Of a stretch of 64,000 nucleotides of DNA, positions 1 to 12,909 are shown piece after piece. Location: sequence record OP114733. One strand, 5' to 3'. Positions within the stretch are counted from its first letter, which is position 1. Each line of letters begins with the position of its first letter. Source of the DNA: Escherichia phage vB_EcoM-pEB20. The position numbers were made by a program, and so were the translations under genes. The notes below the pieces were generated by a model. It made no database searches, was not told the origin of the DNA, and saw only the letters and a program-made list of their open reading frames with translations.

Positions 1-4
1 TGTT

Positions 5-1288
5 TTATTCATCAACAATAATTTTTGGTAGCTTAACACCTAATAAAACAGACAAATCTGAACGTCCTGCCATTTTATCCATGTCCCCACCATCAATTAT
101 TCTCGCTTCTTTTTCATCTTTTGCTACTGTGTAAGGATTTGCTGATAAAGCATATCTAACCAATAATCCGATAGACGGTTGCAAGCTTTCTGGATCAACT
201 ACAACTTTAAAAGCACCAACATGTTCCGGGTCATCTAAATCTACTCCTTCAGTGTATGGAGCATAAAAGATGGACCCTACAATTTCTTTTTCGCCGATAT
301 TTTCTACAACACCCACAATAACATAATCTAATGGACTGTTGGTATCGCAGTAAAGAGGTAATCCATTTGCCAAGAATCCATAAGCATTTTGTGAAAGATA
401 CTTGTCATCTTCTGGCTTATGTTTTAACCAACCGGAAGCAGCAAGAATAGCAGCTGCACGAGCTGAGGCTACACAAAACGTTGCAGTATAAGTTGTCTCT
501 TTTTGAATGTGTGATACCATTTCACACACCATTCGATATAATGAACGACCTGCTTCTGGAGCGGATGCATAGCTCAAGTCAATAAATCCGGTGTCAGTAA
601 TTCCAGTAACTTTATAACGTTTCGATACAGTAATTAAAGACTGAAGAATATCTTTATTAATTTCATCAGCCATTTCAGTAGCAAGCAAATCCTCTAAGAA
701 GTTAGGGGCATCAAATCCATTCGCTTCCAAATCTTGCGCTAATTCAACCGTGAGACCAGTTTTAAGTTTGCGAGATTTGACTGAAGTTTGCCATTTATTA
801 ATCTGGAATCTTGCATCAGAAATTTCGCTATCAGAGCTTTCAAATTTGCTTGTTACCGCTGCATCTGAAAATAACCGTACCTTTAAATGAACGACTGCAA
901 TCTGAAGAGCTAATTCTAGATCACTTTCTTGAATATCTGCAAATGGTGTATCTTCTAACACTTTATAGACGATATTATTATATTTGAAAAAATCACCTTT
1001 ATTTAGTGTGACTTTTGATTCTTCTGTGAGCTCAGTAATTTTTTCTCGGTCTACATATCCAACTTCGCCAGCATAAGTAGCACCAGTTTTAAATGTAAAT
1101 TCATTGTCTGGGTTAAGATATTTAATACCATAAAAAGCAGCAACAGGTTGATTAGTTCTTTGTGTTGCTACAATGTCAGAATATATTAATTTAGTCGTAG
1201 CGCGAGTCAAAGCAACGAGATTTGGGCGGCCAATTGAGTTGCTAGTAGACGTTGTAGATTCACGCAATAATTTTTGGATTTTACTCAT
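5..1288 (-). CDS. 24: capsid vertex protein gp24
   Basis: 427 aa ORF, same length as T4 gp24; sits directly before gene 23 in T4 order. Confidence 0.85.
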   Translation of the reverse strand: MSKIQKLLRESTTSTSNSIGRPNLVALTRATTKLIYSDIVATQRTNQPVAAFYGIKYLNPDNEFTFKTGATYAGEVGYVDREKITELTEESKVTLNKGDFFKYNNIVYKVLEDTPFADIQESDLELALQIAVVHLKVRLFSDAAVTSKFESSDSEISDARFQINKWQTSVKSRKLKTGLTVELAQDLEANGFDAPNFLEDLLATEMADEINKDILQSLITVSKRYKVTGITDTGFIDLSYASAPEAGRSLYRMVCEMVSHIQKETTYTATFCVASARAAAILAASGWLKHKPEDDKYLSQNAYGFLANGLPLYCDTNSPLDYVIVGVVENIGEKEIVGSIFYAPYTEGVDLDDPEHVGAFKVVVDPESLQPSIGLLVRYALSANPYTVAKDEKEARIIDGGDMDKMAGRSDLSVLLGVKLPKIIVDE

Positions 1289-1315
1289 TGCATTTTTTCC
1301 TTATGTGATATAGAT

Positions 1316-1323
1316 TATTTATA
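1316..1323 (-). promoter_or_regulatory. late promoter TATAAATA for gene 24
   Basis: plus-strand tatttata (rc TATAAATA) about 28 bp upstream of gene 24 ATG. Confidence 0.6.
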
Positions 1324-1329
1324 AAGATT

Positions 1330-1359
1330 GTTTACAACGTATTTGGTATGTGATACTAT
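1330..1359 (+). promoter_or_regulatory. T4-type early promoter (GTTTAC -35, TACTAT -10)
   Basis: GTTTAC then about 18 bp then TACTAT, 30 bp upstream of the ORF at 1390. Confidence 0.45.
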
Positions 1360-1389
1360 AGACTTATCAACTACAGAGGAGTAAACAAA

Positions 1390-1659
1390 ATGACTAAAGC
1401 ACGTTTCTTACGAGATACTTTAAAAGTTCTAGAAGCTGAAGCAGTTAAGTTAGTAGAAAAATATGGTGCAAAAGTTAATGGTAATGCCTTCAACAAAGTA
1501 TGGATGAAAGTTGATTCTGAAGCTCGAGCTAAAGGTTATTGGGCCACTGATAAACTTGCATCATTCAAAAACAAAGATGGTTCTCCGGCATATGTCCAAG
1601 AAGGTATGCCTAATTGGCAAAATATTTTGAAAACTTACATCAAAATTGCACAGAAATAA
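1390..1659 (+). CDS. hypothetical protein (early cassette between genes 24 and 23)
   Basis: 89 aa ORF with GAGGAG SD; opposite strand to flanking late genes; occupies the position of segD in T4. Confidence 0.55.
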   Translation: MTKARFLRDTLKVLEAEAVKLVEKYGAKVNGNAFNKVWMKVDSEARAKGYWATDKLASFKNKDGSPAYVQEGMPNWQNILKTYIKIAQK

Positions 1660-1668
1660 AACCAAAAA

Positions 1669-1688
1669 TGGGAGACCGAAGTCTCCCA
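1669..1688 (-). terminator. hairpin terminator downstream of gene 23
   Basis: tgggagac-cgaa-gtctccca stem-loop followed on minus strand by TTTTTGG. Confidence 0.6.
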
Positions 1689-1711
1689 AAATAAGATTTA
1701 ATCAATTAAGA

Positions 1712-3280
1712 TTAGATGCCTTTTACATATACACGGCGGAAGTAAGCGTTCTTACCAAGGCTGTTCAGGATAGACGGCATACCGGACTGGATGCGAGCAC
1801 CTGGAGCCTGCAGGGAACTTTCAGCAAACGGGTTAACACCGATACCGTAACGAGTTTTAAAGCCCATTACCGGCTGGAAGTTCTTAGGATCGGAACCACG
1901 CAGTGGGGTAAGTGCAACGTAAGGAGCATAGTAAATACCTGCATCCATTTCGTTAGCGCCTTTGTAACCAACGGTGAAGTAATCCTGTTTAGCATACTGG
2001 TCGATGTATACGCGGTATTTACCACCAAGTACACCGGCAAATACAGACTTAGTAGTGTCGGTATTAAAACCAGAAGCCAGACCCTGTGCAGCGTAAGAAA
2101 TACCAGTATCAACTGAAGCCAGTACGTTAACTACGTTACGGGAAGCGATAATGAAGTTACCTTCACCACGACCGGTTTGACGAGCAATTTCAACTGCTTC
2201 TTTATCAATCTGGAACAACAGAGCTTTAAAGCTTTCGCCGGCCCAACGAGCACCACGGATATCAATCGGGTCCTGGAAGTCAAATACACCAGCTTTAGAA
2301 CCAACGATATTAGTCATACCAGATTTACCAACCTGAGCGGAGTAGTTAATCCAGTCAACAACTTCACGGTTGATTTCCAGCATAATTTCAGTAGCAAGAA
2401 TACCACTCAGTTCAGCATCAGCATCCATACCGTGTACTGCACGGAGGTCTTGTGCCAATTCGATAGAGTAAGCTGCTTTCAGCTGACGAGATTTAGCTTC
2501 AATAACTTGTTTGTCGATACGGAAGCCCATTTCGTTCCACGGGTTGTCGGTAGAACCATTGAAGCCTTCCTGAAGTTCAGCGATAGAAGTAGCCATACCT
2601 TCAGCGATTTCTACCAGTGCGCCAGCTTCCATTTGTTTGATAATTTCTGCATCTAATTTAGCTGCATCATCAGCACTTGAACTAATTGTTACTTGAGCAG
2701 AAGCTTGCAGATATACAGTACCAGTTTCCTGGAAGAAGTGAGTATAGATATCACCTACTGTGGTTTGTGTGCTAGCAGCCAGAGCTGGGAATTTCTTAGC
2801 AGCACCCTGACCAGAGAACATCGCATCTGGAGCATACATCGGATGGAAAGCTTCTTTAGCGCCAGCAGCGATAGGGTCTTTACCATATACTGCACGGAGA
2901 GCAAATACCTGACCGGTAGGGCTGTTCATAGGCTGAACACCACAAATATCAAAAGCGATCAGATTAGGAATAGCACGACGAACCATACCCATAACTGCTG
3001 GCCCAATCTGGGTTACTGCACCAGAGGTTTGACCTGCTGCGATGTTCTGAGCATTATAACCATGGTCACCACCAATTTCAGCTTCGGTCAAGAAAGAACC
3101 AAATGCCTGAGCGATTTTCTCGTCTTTATATTCAGGGGATACTTCGAAATCTTTTTCCTGGTTTTCGAAGATTTTAGCGATAATAGCCTGCTTGCTATTA
3201 GCGATTTCCGGCAGGCCTTCACCTTCCAGCAGTTCTTTCCATTTGTCTACGAGCTGAGCTTTAGTTTTGATAGTAGTCAT
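1712..3280 (-). CDS. 23: major capsid protein gp23
   Basis: 522 aa; N-terminus MTTIKTKAQLVDKWKELLEGEGLPEIANSKQA matches T4 gp23 from memory. Confidence 0.95.
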   Translation of the reverse strand: MTTIKTKAQLVDKWKELLEGEGLPEIANSKQAIIAKIFENQEKDFEVSPEYKDEKIAQAFGSFLTEAEIGGDHGYNAQNIAAGQTSGAVTQIGPAVMGMVRRAIPNLIAFDICGVQPMNSPTGQVFALRAVYGKDPIAAGAKEAFHPMYAPDAMFSGQGAAKKFPALAASTQTTVGDIYTHFFQETGTVYLQASAQVTISSSADDAAKLDAEIIKQMEAGALVEIAEGMATSIAELQEGFNGSTDNPWNEMGFRIDKQVIEAKSRQLKAAYSIELAQDLRAVHGMDADAELSGILATEIMLEINREVVDWINYSAQVGKSGMTNIVGSKAGVFDFQDPIDIRGARWAGESFKALLFQIDKEAVEIARQTGRGEGNFIIASRNVVNVLASVDTGISYAAQGLASGFNTDTTKSVFAGVLGGKYRVYIDQYAKQDYFTVGYKGANEMDAGIYYAPYVALTPLRGSDPKNFQPVMGFKTRYGIGVNPFAESSLQAPGARIQSGMPSILNSLGKNAYFRRVYVKGI

Positions 3281-3297
3281 TTGTGTTAACCTTTAAA

Positions 3298-4110
3298 TTA
3301 GAAACGAGATGCGACTTTCGCATATAAACTTACATTAGAATTCTGTTCTACCTGAGTTGTGGTAGTGTCAACTGCTTCGGCAACAAAATTAAGACCGGCA
3401 GCGTCATTGTCAACTGTATTTATACTTTCGGTAATAGCGGCTTCTTCTTTAGTAGAACCTTTAACCATTTCTACAATAGCAGTTAACTTAGTACCAAATG
3501 CGTCAGAATAATCCATACCTTCAACCAGGCCAATAACTTTTTCTTTCTGAGATTCAGTCAGGTCTTTTACGCTTTCATTAATAGCGGTTTCACGCTGAAC
3601 GTAATTGATATATGCATCACGTTTGGTAACTTCTTCGAACAAACGAGCGGTTTCTTCTTTATGTTCGGCCAGCTCTTCTTCCATTTCTGCTACAACATCT
3701 ACAGATTCTTCTGGAACAACAACGTTATGTTCAACAAACAGTTCTTTCAGACCACCAAGCATGGATTCGAACAAATCAGCTTTAATGCCTTTATCAACTG
3801 CGATTTGGTTTTCTGCGAGCCATTCTTTTGCAAGATGGTCCAGGAATTTAGAAGCTTGTTCAGCCAATTTTTTATCAGCTTTCTCTTCAGCATCTTCTTT
3901 AGCCTTTTCAACTTCTTCTTCGGCCTTTTCGGCGATGGCTTTGATATGAGATTCAGCCAGTTTGACTGCTTCCTGCTTAACGGTGGCTTCGAATACAGTG
4001 CTGAAATTAGCTTTAACGTCCGGAGACAGTTCTACTGATTCGAAAACACTATTAAGAGCAACTGAAGTCTCGATGTTCTGAGCTTCTTTCAAAAGTTGTT
4101 CTTTGATCAT
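3298..4110 (-). CDS. 22: prohead scaffolding core protein gp22
   Basis: 270 aa acidic, Glu/Lys-rich coiled-coil protein between 21 and 23. Confidence 0.85.
   Translation of the reverse strand: MIKEQLLKEAQNIETSVALNSVFESVELSPDVKANFSTVFEATVKQEAVKLAESHIKAIAEKAEEEVEKAKEDAEEKADKKLAEQASKFLDHLAKEWLAENQIAVDKGIKADLFESMLGGLKELFVEHNVVVPEESVDVVAEMEEELAEHKEETARLFEEVTKRDAYINYVQRETAINESVKDLTESQKEKVIGLVEGMDYSDAFGTKLTAIVEMVKGSTKEEAAITESINTVDNDAAGLNFVAEAVDTTTTQVEQNSNVSLYAKVASRF
3417..3424 (-). promoter_or_regulatory. candidate late promoter for gene 23 inside 3' end of gene 22
   Basis: rc TATAAATA about 137 bp upstream of gene 23 ATG; no closer match found. Confidence 0.3.
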
Positions 4111-4140
4111 TTTAGTGTCCTGTGGTTTAGATTACATTAT

Positions 4141-4148
4141 TATTTATA
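4141..4148 (-). promoter_or_regulatory. late promoter TATAAATA for gene 22
   Basis: rc TATAAATA 31 bp upstream of gene 22 ATG, overlapping gene 21 stop. Confidence 0.5.
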
Positions 4149-4785
4149 ATGCTTTTAAACTCTCTGCGAGAGCTTTAAATGCTTCGTCAGCACTGTTTTT
4201 GGTGATTTCCACCGAATTTTCTGATTCTGATATTTGTTTAGGAGTAACCCAAGCATCTGGAGCAGAAGGTCCCCATACGGCATCTACGCCGACGGTTAAT
4301 TTAAATCCTTCGTTCACGATACGGTACCCTTTATTGGTGTCGGTTAAAGAACCAAGACCACGAGAGGAAACACCTGGAATCCAACCAGCTCGTATATTAG
4401 CAGCTAATTTATCGCCGGGACCATGGTCGCCTTCAATAATTCTAGCACGTCCATATACATCGTTTCCTTTCCACCACATATCTTCAATAATGATAGCGGC
4501 TTGCATAGGGTCAACATTTGCACGAGGTGGATGATTTAATTCTCCAAGGGCTTGTTTGGTTGCGACTTGTTCTTTAATATAGTCGCTTACGGCTTTTTCC
4601 AAAACGCGTTTAGGATATAAACGTTTATTTCGGTTAACAACCTCTGCCTGAAGAAAAATACCTTCTATATAAAGCCCTGGTTTTAAGCCAGAATCTTTTC
4701 CATCATGAGATTCCAACATTGGAACGCCATCAATAATCTCACCGGGTTGACCCCAAGTTTCAATAAGTAACTCGGGTTTATTCAT
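4144..4785 (-). CDS. 21: prohead core protease gp21
   Basis: 213 aa; position and length match T4 gp21 (212 aa). Confidence 0.85.
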   Translation of the reverse strand: MNKPELLIETWGQPGEIIDGVPMLESHDGKDSGLKPGLYIEGIFLQAEVVNRNKRLYPKRVLEKAVSDYIKEQVATKQALGELNHPPRANVDPMQAAIIIEDMWWKGNDVYGRARIIEGDHGPGDKLAANIRAGWIPGVSSRGLGSLTDTNKGYRIVNEGFKLTVGVDAVWGPSAPDAWVTPKQISESENSVEITKNSADEAFKALAESLKAL

Positions 4786-5210
4786 TAGCTTAATCCTAAT
4801 GCTTTACGACGTTTAAGAGCCTTTTTACGCTTACGCAAGCCTTTAACTTGGCCTGAAGGGTTAGCTTTTTTAGCTTTAACGACCTTACGAGCGATTTGTC
4901 TACGTTTTGCTTTAGAAAGACCAGTTGTTTGGAACGCGTTACGTTCACGAGTTTTACGGTCTTTAGTGCGGGTGACTTCACCACGAGAAGAAACATGTTT
5001 AACGATAAACTCATTTAACTGTTCTTCATTAATAATGGAAGCCATTGCAACAGCTAAATCCGTTTCAGTTTCAAGCATGTTCTCGATAATAGTATTTATA
5101 TCGTCAATATCGAGAGCAGAAGACAATGCATCGATTCGGCCCTGTGCTTCAGGAATAAGTGCTTCGACATTTTCGAGTACCAATTCATAAGATTCAGGGA
5201 TAAGATACAT
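4785..5210 (-). CDS. 68: prohead core protein gp68
   Basis: 141 aa with basic C-terminus; same length and position as T4 gp68. Confidence 0.75.
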   Translation of the reverse strand: MYLIPESYELVLENVEALIPEAQGRIDALSSALDIDDINTIIENMLETETDLAVAMASIINEEQLNEFIVKHVSSRGEVTRTKDRKTRERNAFQTTGLSKAKRRQIARKVVKAKKANPSGQVKGLRKRKKALKRRKALGLS

Positions 5211-5440
5211 TATTCATCGTCCTCATCATCTTCGTCTTCGTCGTCATCGCCTTCATCAGCGTCGTCTTCCGAAGCTTTCTTTTCTTCTTCAGGTTCTTCG
5301 CCTTCAATCAAAAATTGAGACGCGATTTCTGCTTTGCGTGCTTCAATCAAACGAACCGTTTTTTCTGCCATTGCACTTTCAAAAAACTTTCGAGTAGCAA
5401 CGAGGTCGTTTGATTTAATAGCTTGAATTAAATCGTCCAT
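5210..5440 (-). CDS. 67: prohead core protein gp67
   Basis: 76 aa with poly-acidic C-tail [18 protein letters not shown]; position as T4 gp67. Confidence 0.75.
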   Translation of the reverse strand: MDDLIQAIKSNDLVATRKFFESAMAEKTVRLIEARKAEIASQFLIEGEEPEEEKKASEDDADEGDDDEDEDDEDDE

Positions 5441-7011
5441 TAAAAATCCTCTTGTTCTTGGTCGGGGTCTTGGAAACGAGCCTCTTTCGACTCTTCTTCA
5501 ATTTGCTTAGCCTCTTGTTCAATTTCCTCGTCAGACATCTGAAGAATATCTTTCATAGCTGTTCTGTGAGAAATATATTTACCAATAAATGGTTCGGCCA
5601 TCTGAAGCATATTAATGCGACGCTCCAGAATCTCAGCATCCTTTAATTCCGAGAAATAACTATCCCGATGAAATTTTATCTTAATATTATTTATTTCATC
5701 ATTCCACTCATCTTCTGTAATAATTCCTTTAAGAATTAAATTAGTTTTAAGCGGGTCTAGGAATATCTCTTCAAATTTATGTTGCAGCTCACGAATAAAT
5801 TTACCAAATGATAATTCATCTCGTGTAATAGAAGTACCAGCATCAAACTGTATACCACCTTGGTCACTTGGAATACGGGTAATAGGAATACGTAAAGCCA
5901 TATAAAGCGCATTACGGAACCAACGTACATCTTCCATATTTCCAGTATTATCTGCACCCGGTAATGTGTCAACTTCTGTTACTGCTTTACCATCACGTCG
6001 TTGTAACCAATAATCTTCGGTCATCGACATAATATGCTGTTGGTTTTTAATCTTGCCTGTAGTAGCATCATATGCAATACGGTTTTTCATCGTATTCATA
6101 ACATGTTGCATATGTTCTGCTGCTTTTCTTGAAGGCATATTACCTGTATCAACGTACCATACACGACGATCAGGAGCACGAGTAATACGATAAATTACTA
6201 CGGCATCTTCAAGAAGTTTTAATTGGTTCGCTGGCTTAATAGCCCGATGCAAATAACCGATGATATTTTTACCACAACAATCAACTAAACCAGAATGGGC
6301 ATAAACAATCGCAGCTTTAGGGATTTTTATTTTTGTGCCAGCTTCATATATGCGTCCATCACAAGCATAAGATTCGTGTGATGTGTCATAAATGAAATAT
6401 TCTTTATAACCCTTGACTATTTTAACACCGGCTTCAGTGGTTGTAATAACTTCACGGACGTATTGAACTTGACGTGGGTCTAAACGACGAAGCTCTTTAA
6501 TACCTTCTTTAGGGCGTTTAGGGTCAATAATTTTATGGAAGAAAATTCGAGAATCTACATACCAACGCCTAAAATGGTCTGAACCTTTACGTTGGAAAGA
6601 TAAATGATTCAACACTTCGTTAAATTCATCCAACATCATTGATTTTATATTTGGACTAAATTTTGTGTTGTCTAAATTTATAGAAACGACTTCTGTATCA
6701 TCTTCATATACGATAGCATCAGAAACTATTTCAGAGACTGCATTATCTACTTCATAGTTCGTCATCAAATTTCGATACGTATCGATTAATTCACGGGTTG
6801 ATTTGAGCCCTGGTTCTTGACTACCGAACATTCTCTGAAACATAGCATTATATGTTTGCTGTGCTTCATTTTCAGATACTTCATATTCTTTAGCGCCGTC
6901 GTCCAATTTTGGTGCGGTGATAGATTCTAAATTTTCTTTTTCTTGGTCTTTGTAATCACGTTCGTCCATTTTTGCCCATGGAGCAAACAAACTTAAGATA
7001 TTAAATTTCAT
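5440..7011 (-). CDS. 20: portal vertex protein gp20
   Basis: 523 aa; length and position match T4 gp20. Confidence 0.9.
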   Translation of the reverse strand: MKFNILSLFAPWAKMDERDYKDQEKENLESITAPKLDDGAKEYEVSENEAQQTYNAMFQRMFGSQEPGLKSTRELIDTYRNLMTNYEVDNAVSEIVSDAIVYEDDTEVVSINLDNTKFSPNIKSMMLDEFNEVLNHLSFQRKGSDHFRRWYVDSRIFFHKIIDPKRPKEGIKELRRLDPRQVQYVREVITTTEAGVKIVKGYKEYFIYDTSHESYACDGRIYEAGTKIKIPKAAIVYAHSGLVDCCGKNIIGYLHRAIKPANQLKLLEDAVVIYRITRAPDRRVWYVDTGNMPSRKAAEHMQHVMNTMKNRIAYDATTGKIKNQQHIMSMTEDYWLQRRDGKAVTEVDTLPGADNTGNMEDVRWFRNALYMALRIPITRIPSDQGGIQFDAGTSITRDELSFGKFIRELQHKFEEIFLDPLKTNLILKGIITEDEWNDEINNIKIKFHRDSYFSELKDAEILERRINMLQMAEPFIGKYISHRTAMKDILQMSDEEIEQEAKQIEEESKEARFQDPDQEQEDF

Positions 7012-7039
7012 TGTATTCTCCGAATGGGAATTATAGTTA

Positions 7040-7047
7040 TATTTATA
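7040..7047 (-). promoter_or_regulatory. late promoter TATAAATA for gene 20
   Basis: rc TATAAATA about 30 bp upstream of gene 20 ATG. Confidence 0.55.
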
Positions 7048-7095
7048 TGGACTTCTCCGTCATCACGGGAAGCTGGGGATTTCTCCCCAACCAGA

Positions 7096-7587
7096 TTATT
7101 CCCACCAATCAAGAGCAAGAGTTACTTCGAACGTTTCAATCTCGTTATTGCTGTCCCAGTCAAGAGATACTTCGCCAACGTTAGTAGGCCACAAGCCGAC
7201 AATTTCAACTTCTTTGGTGACCGTTTTAGCATCACGGGCAAATTGACGAACGATAGCAGACTTTTTATATTCAGCAGGTTTACCACCGGTAATTTCATTA
7301 CCTTGTCCTGCTGCAATACCTTGCCAATCAACAAATTTCTGACGAATGCTATGAGCATCATCGTTCATTACTGTAATAGTCCAATCATCGAATGTACGAT
7401 CACCGGCCACGTTAATTTTACGGTTCATATAAGAAACAGGAACCTTTTCAACGATCGCAGCAGGAAGAGCCGTAGCACGACACTGGAAGCTAAAGTTTTG
7501 CCCAAGATAAGAGATTTCTACTTCGAACAGGTTAGGGCGAGCAAAATCACCTGATTCGAAGGCACGAGTTACGTCATCTACAAACAT
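7096..7587 (-). CDS. 19: tail tube protein gp19
   Basis: 163 aa, same length as T4 gp19; between 20 and 18. Confidence 0.9.
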   Translation of the reverse strand: MFVDDVTRAFESGDFARPNLFEVEISYLGQNFSFQCRATALPAAIVEKVPVSYMNRKINVAGDRTFDDWTITVMNDDAHSIRQKFVDWQGIAAGQGNEITGGKPAEYKKSAIVRQFARDAKTVTKEVEIVGLWPTNVGEVSLDWDSNNEIETFEVTLALDWWE

Positions 7588-7659
7588 ATTAGCCTCTGTA
7601 GTAATATGGGCTTAGGATTAACCGGAGGCCCATAGAATTAATTTTTAAACGATATAGTA

Positions 7660-7667
7660 TATTTATA
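7660..7667 (-). promoter_or_regulatory. late promoter TATAAATA for gene 19
   Basis: rc TATAAATA in the 18-19 intergenic region. Confidence 0.5.
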
Positions 7668-7688
7668 TGGGCTACCGAAATAGCCCAT
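7667..7688 (-). other. stem-loop downstream of gene 18
   Basis: atgggcta-ccgaaa-tagcccat inverted repeat; no U-run on minus strand. Confidence 0.35.
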
Positions 7689-7699
7689 CAGGCGTCTTA

Positions 7700-9682
7700 T
7701 TAGGCACCTACAGCACCAATTAGTTCGTCGAAATCGGCACCCGTTGCTGTTGCTACAAAGTTCAACGTAATATAATTTATCGATCTCGCAGGTTGTAAGT
7801 AGAAAGTAGCTACAAATTCATTACGGTCTATAACTGCTGGTGTGTTATTGGTAGTATCACAAACAACTTTAAAGTTATATACACCACCGAGAGCTTTAAT
7901 ACCCTGTAGATATTGAGAAGTCTCTGTACGGAAAGAAGAACGGGTAAACGCGTTGTTCAATTCAAACAGGCGATATTTGGATGCTGAACCAATGTTCGTT
8001 TTAACCATATTGAACAAACGACGAACGTTAATACGGTCAAATGGTGAAGGAACAGAAGTGGCAGTTTTATCACCGTACAGAACATACCCATCACCACCGG
8101 TACCAGTAACAGGGTTAATAGCTTCCTGATACAAACGATCACGCTGCGCTTGGCGAGTTTCAATTGCAAGCTTAATAACGTTAAGAATTTGTCCACGGTT
8201 ATAACCGGCAGGAGACATCCAAGGCTGAGAAATATTGTCTGTGCGAGCACAAAGACCGGCAATATCAGCAGCTAATGGAACCCAACGATTCACGTCATTA
8301 TATTTGTCATATTGATATTTATAGTTACCGTCAATAGCAGCATAAGTAGAACTTACATTAAAGTTATTATCAGTGTAAGTTCCTGATGCAGTACGCCAAT
8401 CAACCAGATTATCAACTGCACGATTAACAGGAATACCGACTATAGTTGCACGTGGTGGTGAGCAAAGAACCAAGCAATCTTGGCGAGAATCACCAATTGC
8501 TACAACATGTTTCTGAACTGTAGAAGCAACTTCTAAAGATTCACCTGCACAAGAACCAGCAATAAACAACTGCGCATTAACAGATTCGCGGTCAGCAAAC
8601 AAATCCCAAGCTTCCATTAAATCACCAGCGTCAACCGTTTCATTAGATGATAAGCCACCACCCAGTTTGATTACGCCAGAGAAACCTTTTGGCCAACCTT
8701 GTGCAGTAGCGAAAATATAATTGCTTGCGCCTTTAGCAAAGAAATCATCAATAAAGATATTACTACCATAAATATCGCGTTCACCGCGTTTAGTAGAAAG
8801 AACTACACTCTGGACTACAGCATCGTTACGACGAACGATAATTGCATATTGGTCATCAGACTGTGGGCCATATCCAAAGATTGCTTTAGCAGTAGATGCA
8901 CGAGTACCACCATCAGGATAAATTTTTAACTGGGCTGAAGCACCTTTGTCATAGTCTGCTTTAGATACGATTTCAATTTCGAGCTGGTCGCCAAGTTCAC
9001 CAGGATAAAGAGCAACTACGCCCGGGACACCATATTTTTTAATAGATTCTTGGAAAGTTAGAGAAGTAATAGCTTCTTCAGAAGTTTCAACTTCAGTTAA
9101 CAGAATACCCGAATCGGTTACGATAGAACCAATTGTAATAACGCCAGAGAGACCAGAAGAAGAACTGGCAACTTCGGCGGTCCAGTTAGAACCCAATGCC
9201 GGATATTCATTAATTTCTTTTGCACGAGCAATAATTTTACCGGTTGGGATATAAATGTTAAGAATTTTACCATCGACATCAACCGAAGTGACATAACCAT
9301 CTGCTTCAACAGTTTCGGTCAAATACTTAACGATAATTTTATCACCAACTGCATAGTTACTACCAGCAGCAGAGATTGTGAATTCAATATTGCCTGCTAC
9401 AGGAGATGAGTTCTTAGCAGTATCACGGTCAACTGCGCGTACAACACGAAGGTCATTACCATATTGAAGGAAGTTCATAGCAGACATGAAATAATCTGCT
9501 GTATCCGTATTAGGAGTACCAAACATATCAACTAATGCAACTTCATCAGTGATTTGTTTAATCTGGAATGCAGGTCCCCATTGGAATTTTCCAGCCAGGG
9601 CAGCAGTACCAGTGGAGTTATTAACTACAGTACTCTGTACGGTAGTTTCTTTGAGCTCAACGCCCGGAGAGAGAAGTGCCAT
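7700..9682 (-). CDS. 18: tail sheath protein gp18
   Basis: 660 aa; length and order match T4 gp18. Confidence 0.9.
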   Translation of the reverse strand: MALLSPGVELKETTVQSTVVNNSTGTAALAGKFQWGPAFQIKQITDEVALVDMFGTPNTDTADYFMSAMNFLQYGNDLRVVRAVDRDTAKNSSPVAGNIEFTISAAGSNYAVGDKIIVKYLTETVEADGYVTSVDVDGKILNIYIPTGKIIARAKEINEYPALGSNWTAEVASSSSGLSGVITIGSIVTDSGILLTEVETSEEAITSLTFQESIKKYGVPGVVALYPGELGDQLEIEIVSKADYDKGASAQLKIYPDGGTRASTAKAIFGYGPQSDDQYAIIVRRNDAVVQSVVLSTKRGERDIYGSNIFIDDFFAKGASNYIFATAQGWPKGFSGVIKLGGGLSSNETVDAGDLMEAWDLFADRESVNAQLFIAGSCAGESLEVASTVQKHVVAIGDSRQDCLVLCSPPRATIVGIPVNRAVDNLVDWRTASGTYTDNNFNVSSTYAAIDGNYKYQYDKYNDVNRWVPLAADIAGLCARTDNISQPWMSPAGYNRGQILNVIKLAIETRQAQRDRLYQEAINPVTGTGGDGYVLYGDKTATSVPSPFDRINVRRLFNMVKTNIGSASKYRLFELNNAFTRSSFRTETSQYLQGIKALGGVYNFKVVCDTTNNTPAVIDRNEFVATFYLQPARSINYITLNFVATATGADFDELIGAVGA

Positions 9683-9712
9683 TTTAATTCCTCTTAATTT
9701 GCTTTATTTTAT

Positions 9713-12026
<2,314 letters not shown>

Positions 12027-12035
12027 ATTTACCTC

Positions 12036-12860
12036 TTATTGTTTTCTAGGACCAGGAGGGGTTGGTGGAGTCGGGATTGGAATATCATGAGTATAAGTTT
12101 GTTCAACTTCACCATTCCAATCTTGTGCTTCAACGTCTCTCGGTTTAATTTCTGTATCAACTGATTCAAAAACACTGGCGGCTGTTTGAAGGTCTCGTTC
12201 ATTAGCATGAAAATCAAGATAAGTCGTTTTAATAAGGCCTTCTGCTGCGCCTACCGGAGGATACATCCATCCATTTACTTCAAATGTTAATGACCACTCT
12301 AAACGTCGACGAGATAAATTATCACCGTCTATTTGTTCATCCATTGCTGCTGCCATCCATACGACTTTAATATCCCTTTCAAATGGAATATCCTGCCCAT
12401 ATTGCTCAATCATAGTCGTATTAAAATGCGGCTGAAAATATGGAATAATTTGCTCAACGATTTGGAACATATCATCTTCATAACGAGTAAAGATGCTCAG
12501 TTCAAAAATCATTTTAATTGGTGATGGGTTGTATTGGTCTACAATATCCTTAGTTGATTTACTCAAAAGAGAGTTATTCAATATATTCGTTTTAAACGTT
12601 GGGTTATAAACGAAATCTACCATTTGGAGATTTATACGTGGTAGAATAGTTTCGACTTTAGCCACATCTTCTTGTGAGTTTATAGAGGTCCATTTATTAA
12701 GTTTCATCATAAAGTGCTCTTTAGATGCATACGTAATAGGAACTCTAATTAATTTATTGCCTGTAGACAATTGACGGTTAACTTGGATATTTGAAAACAA
12801 ATCGCCCATCATTGTGATATATCGCCTGAACGACGAGTTGTAAAAATAGCCAAACATCAT
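12036..12860 (-). CDS. 15: tail completion / sheath stabilizer gp15
   Basis: 274 aa; position between 16 and 14. Confidence 0.85.
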   Translation of the reverse strand: MMFGYFYNSSFRRYITMMGDLFSNIQVNRQLSTGNKLIRVPITYASKEHFMMKLNKWTSINSQEDVAKVETILPRINLQMVDFVYNPTFKTNILNNSLLSKSTKDIVDQYNPSPIKMIFELSIFTRYEDDMFQIVEQIIPYFQPHFNTTMIEQYGQDIPFERDIKVVWMAAAMDEQIDGDNLSRRRLEWSLTFEVNGWMYPPVGAAEGLIKTTYLDFHANERDLQTAASVFESVDTEIKPRDVEAQDWNGEVEQTYTHDIPIPTPPTPPGPRKQ

Positions 12861-12909
12861 TTCTCCTAACCGGCCTTTCGACCGGTGTTTGCTTTATCTT
12901 ATCTATTTA

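Noticed and set aside
1646-3289. Plus-strand ORFs (1646-2116, 2177-2656, 2693-3289) and minus ORF 1867-2112 overlapping gene 23
   Set aside because: They lie antisense or out of frame inside the major capsid gene, have no RBS or promoter, and are typical spurious frames.
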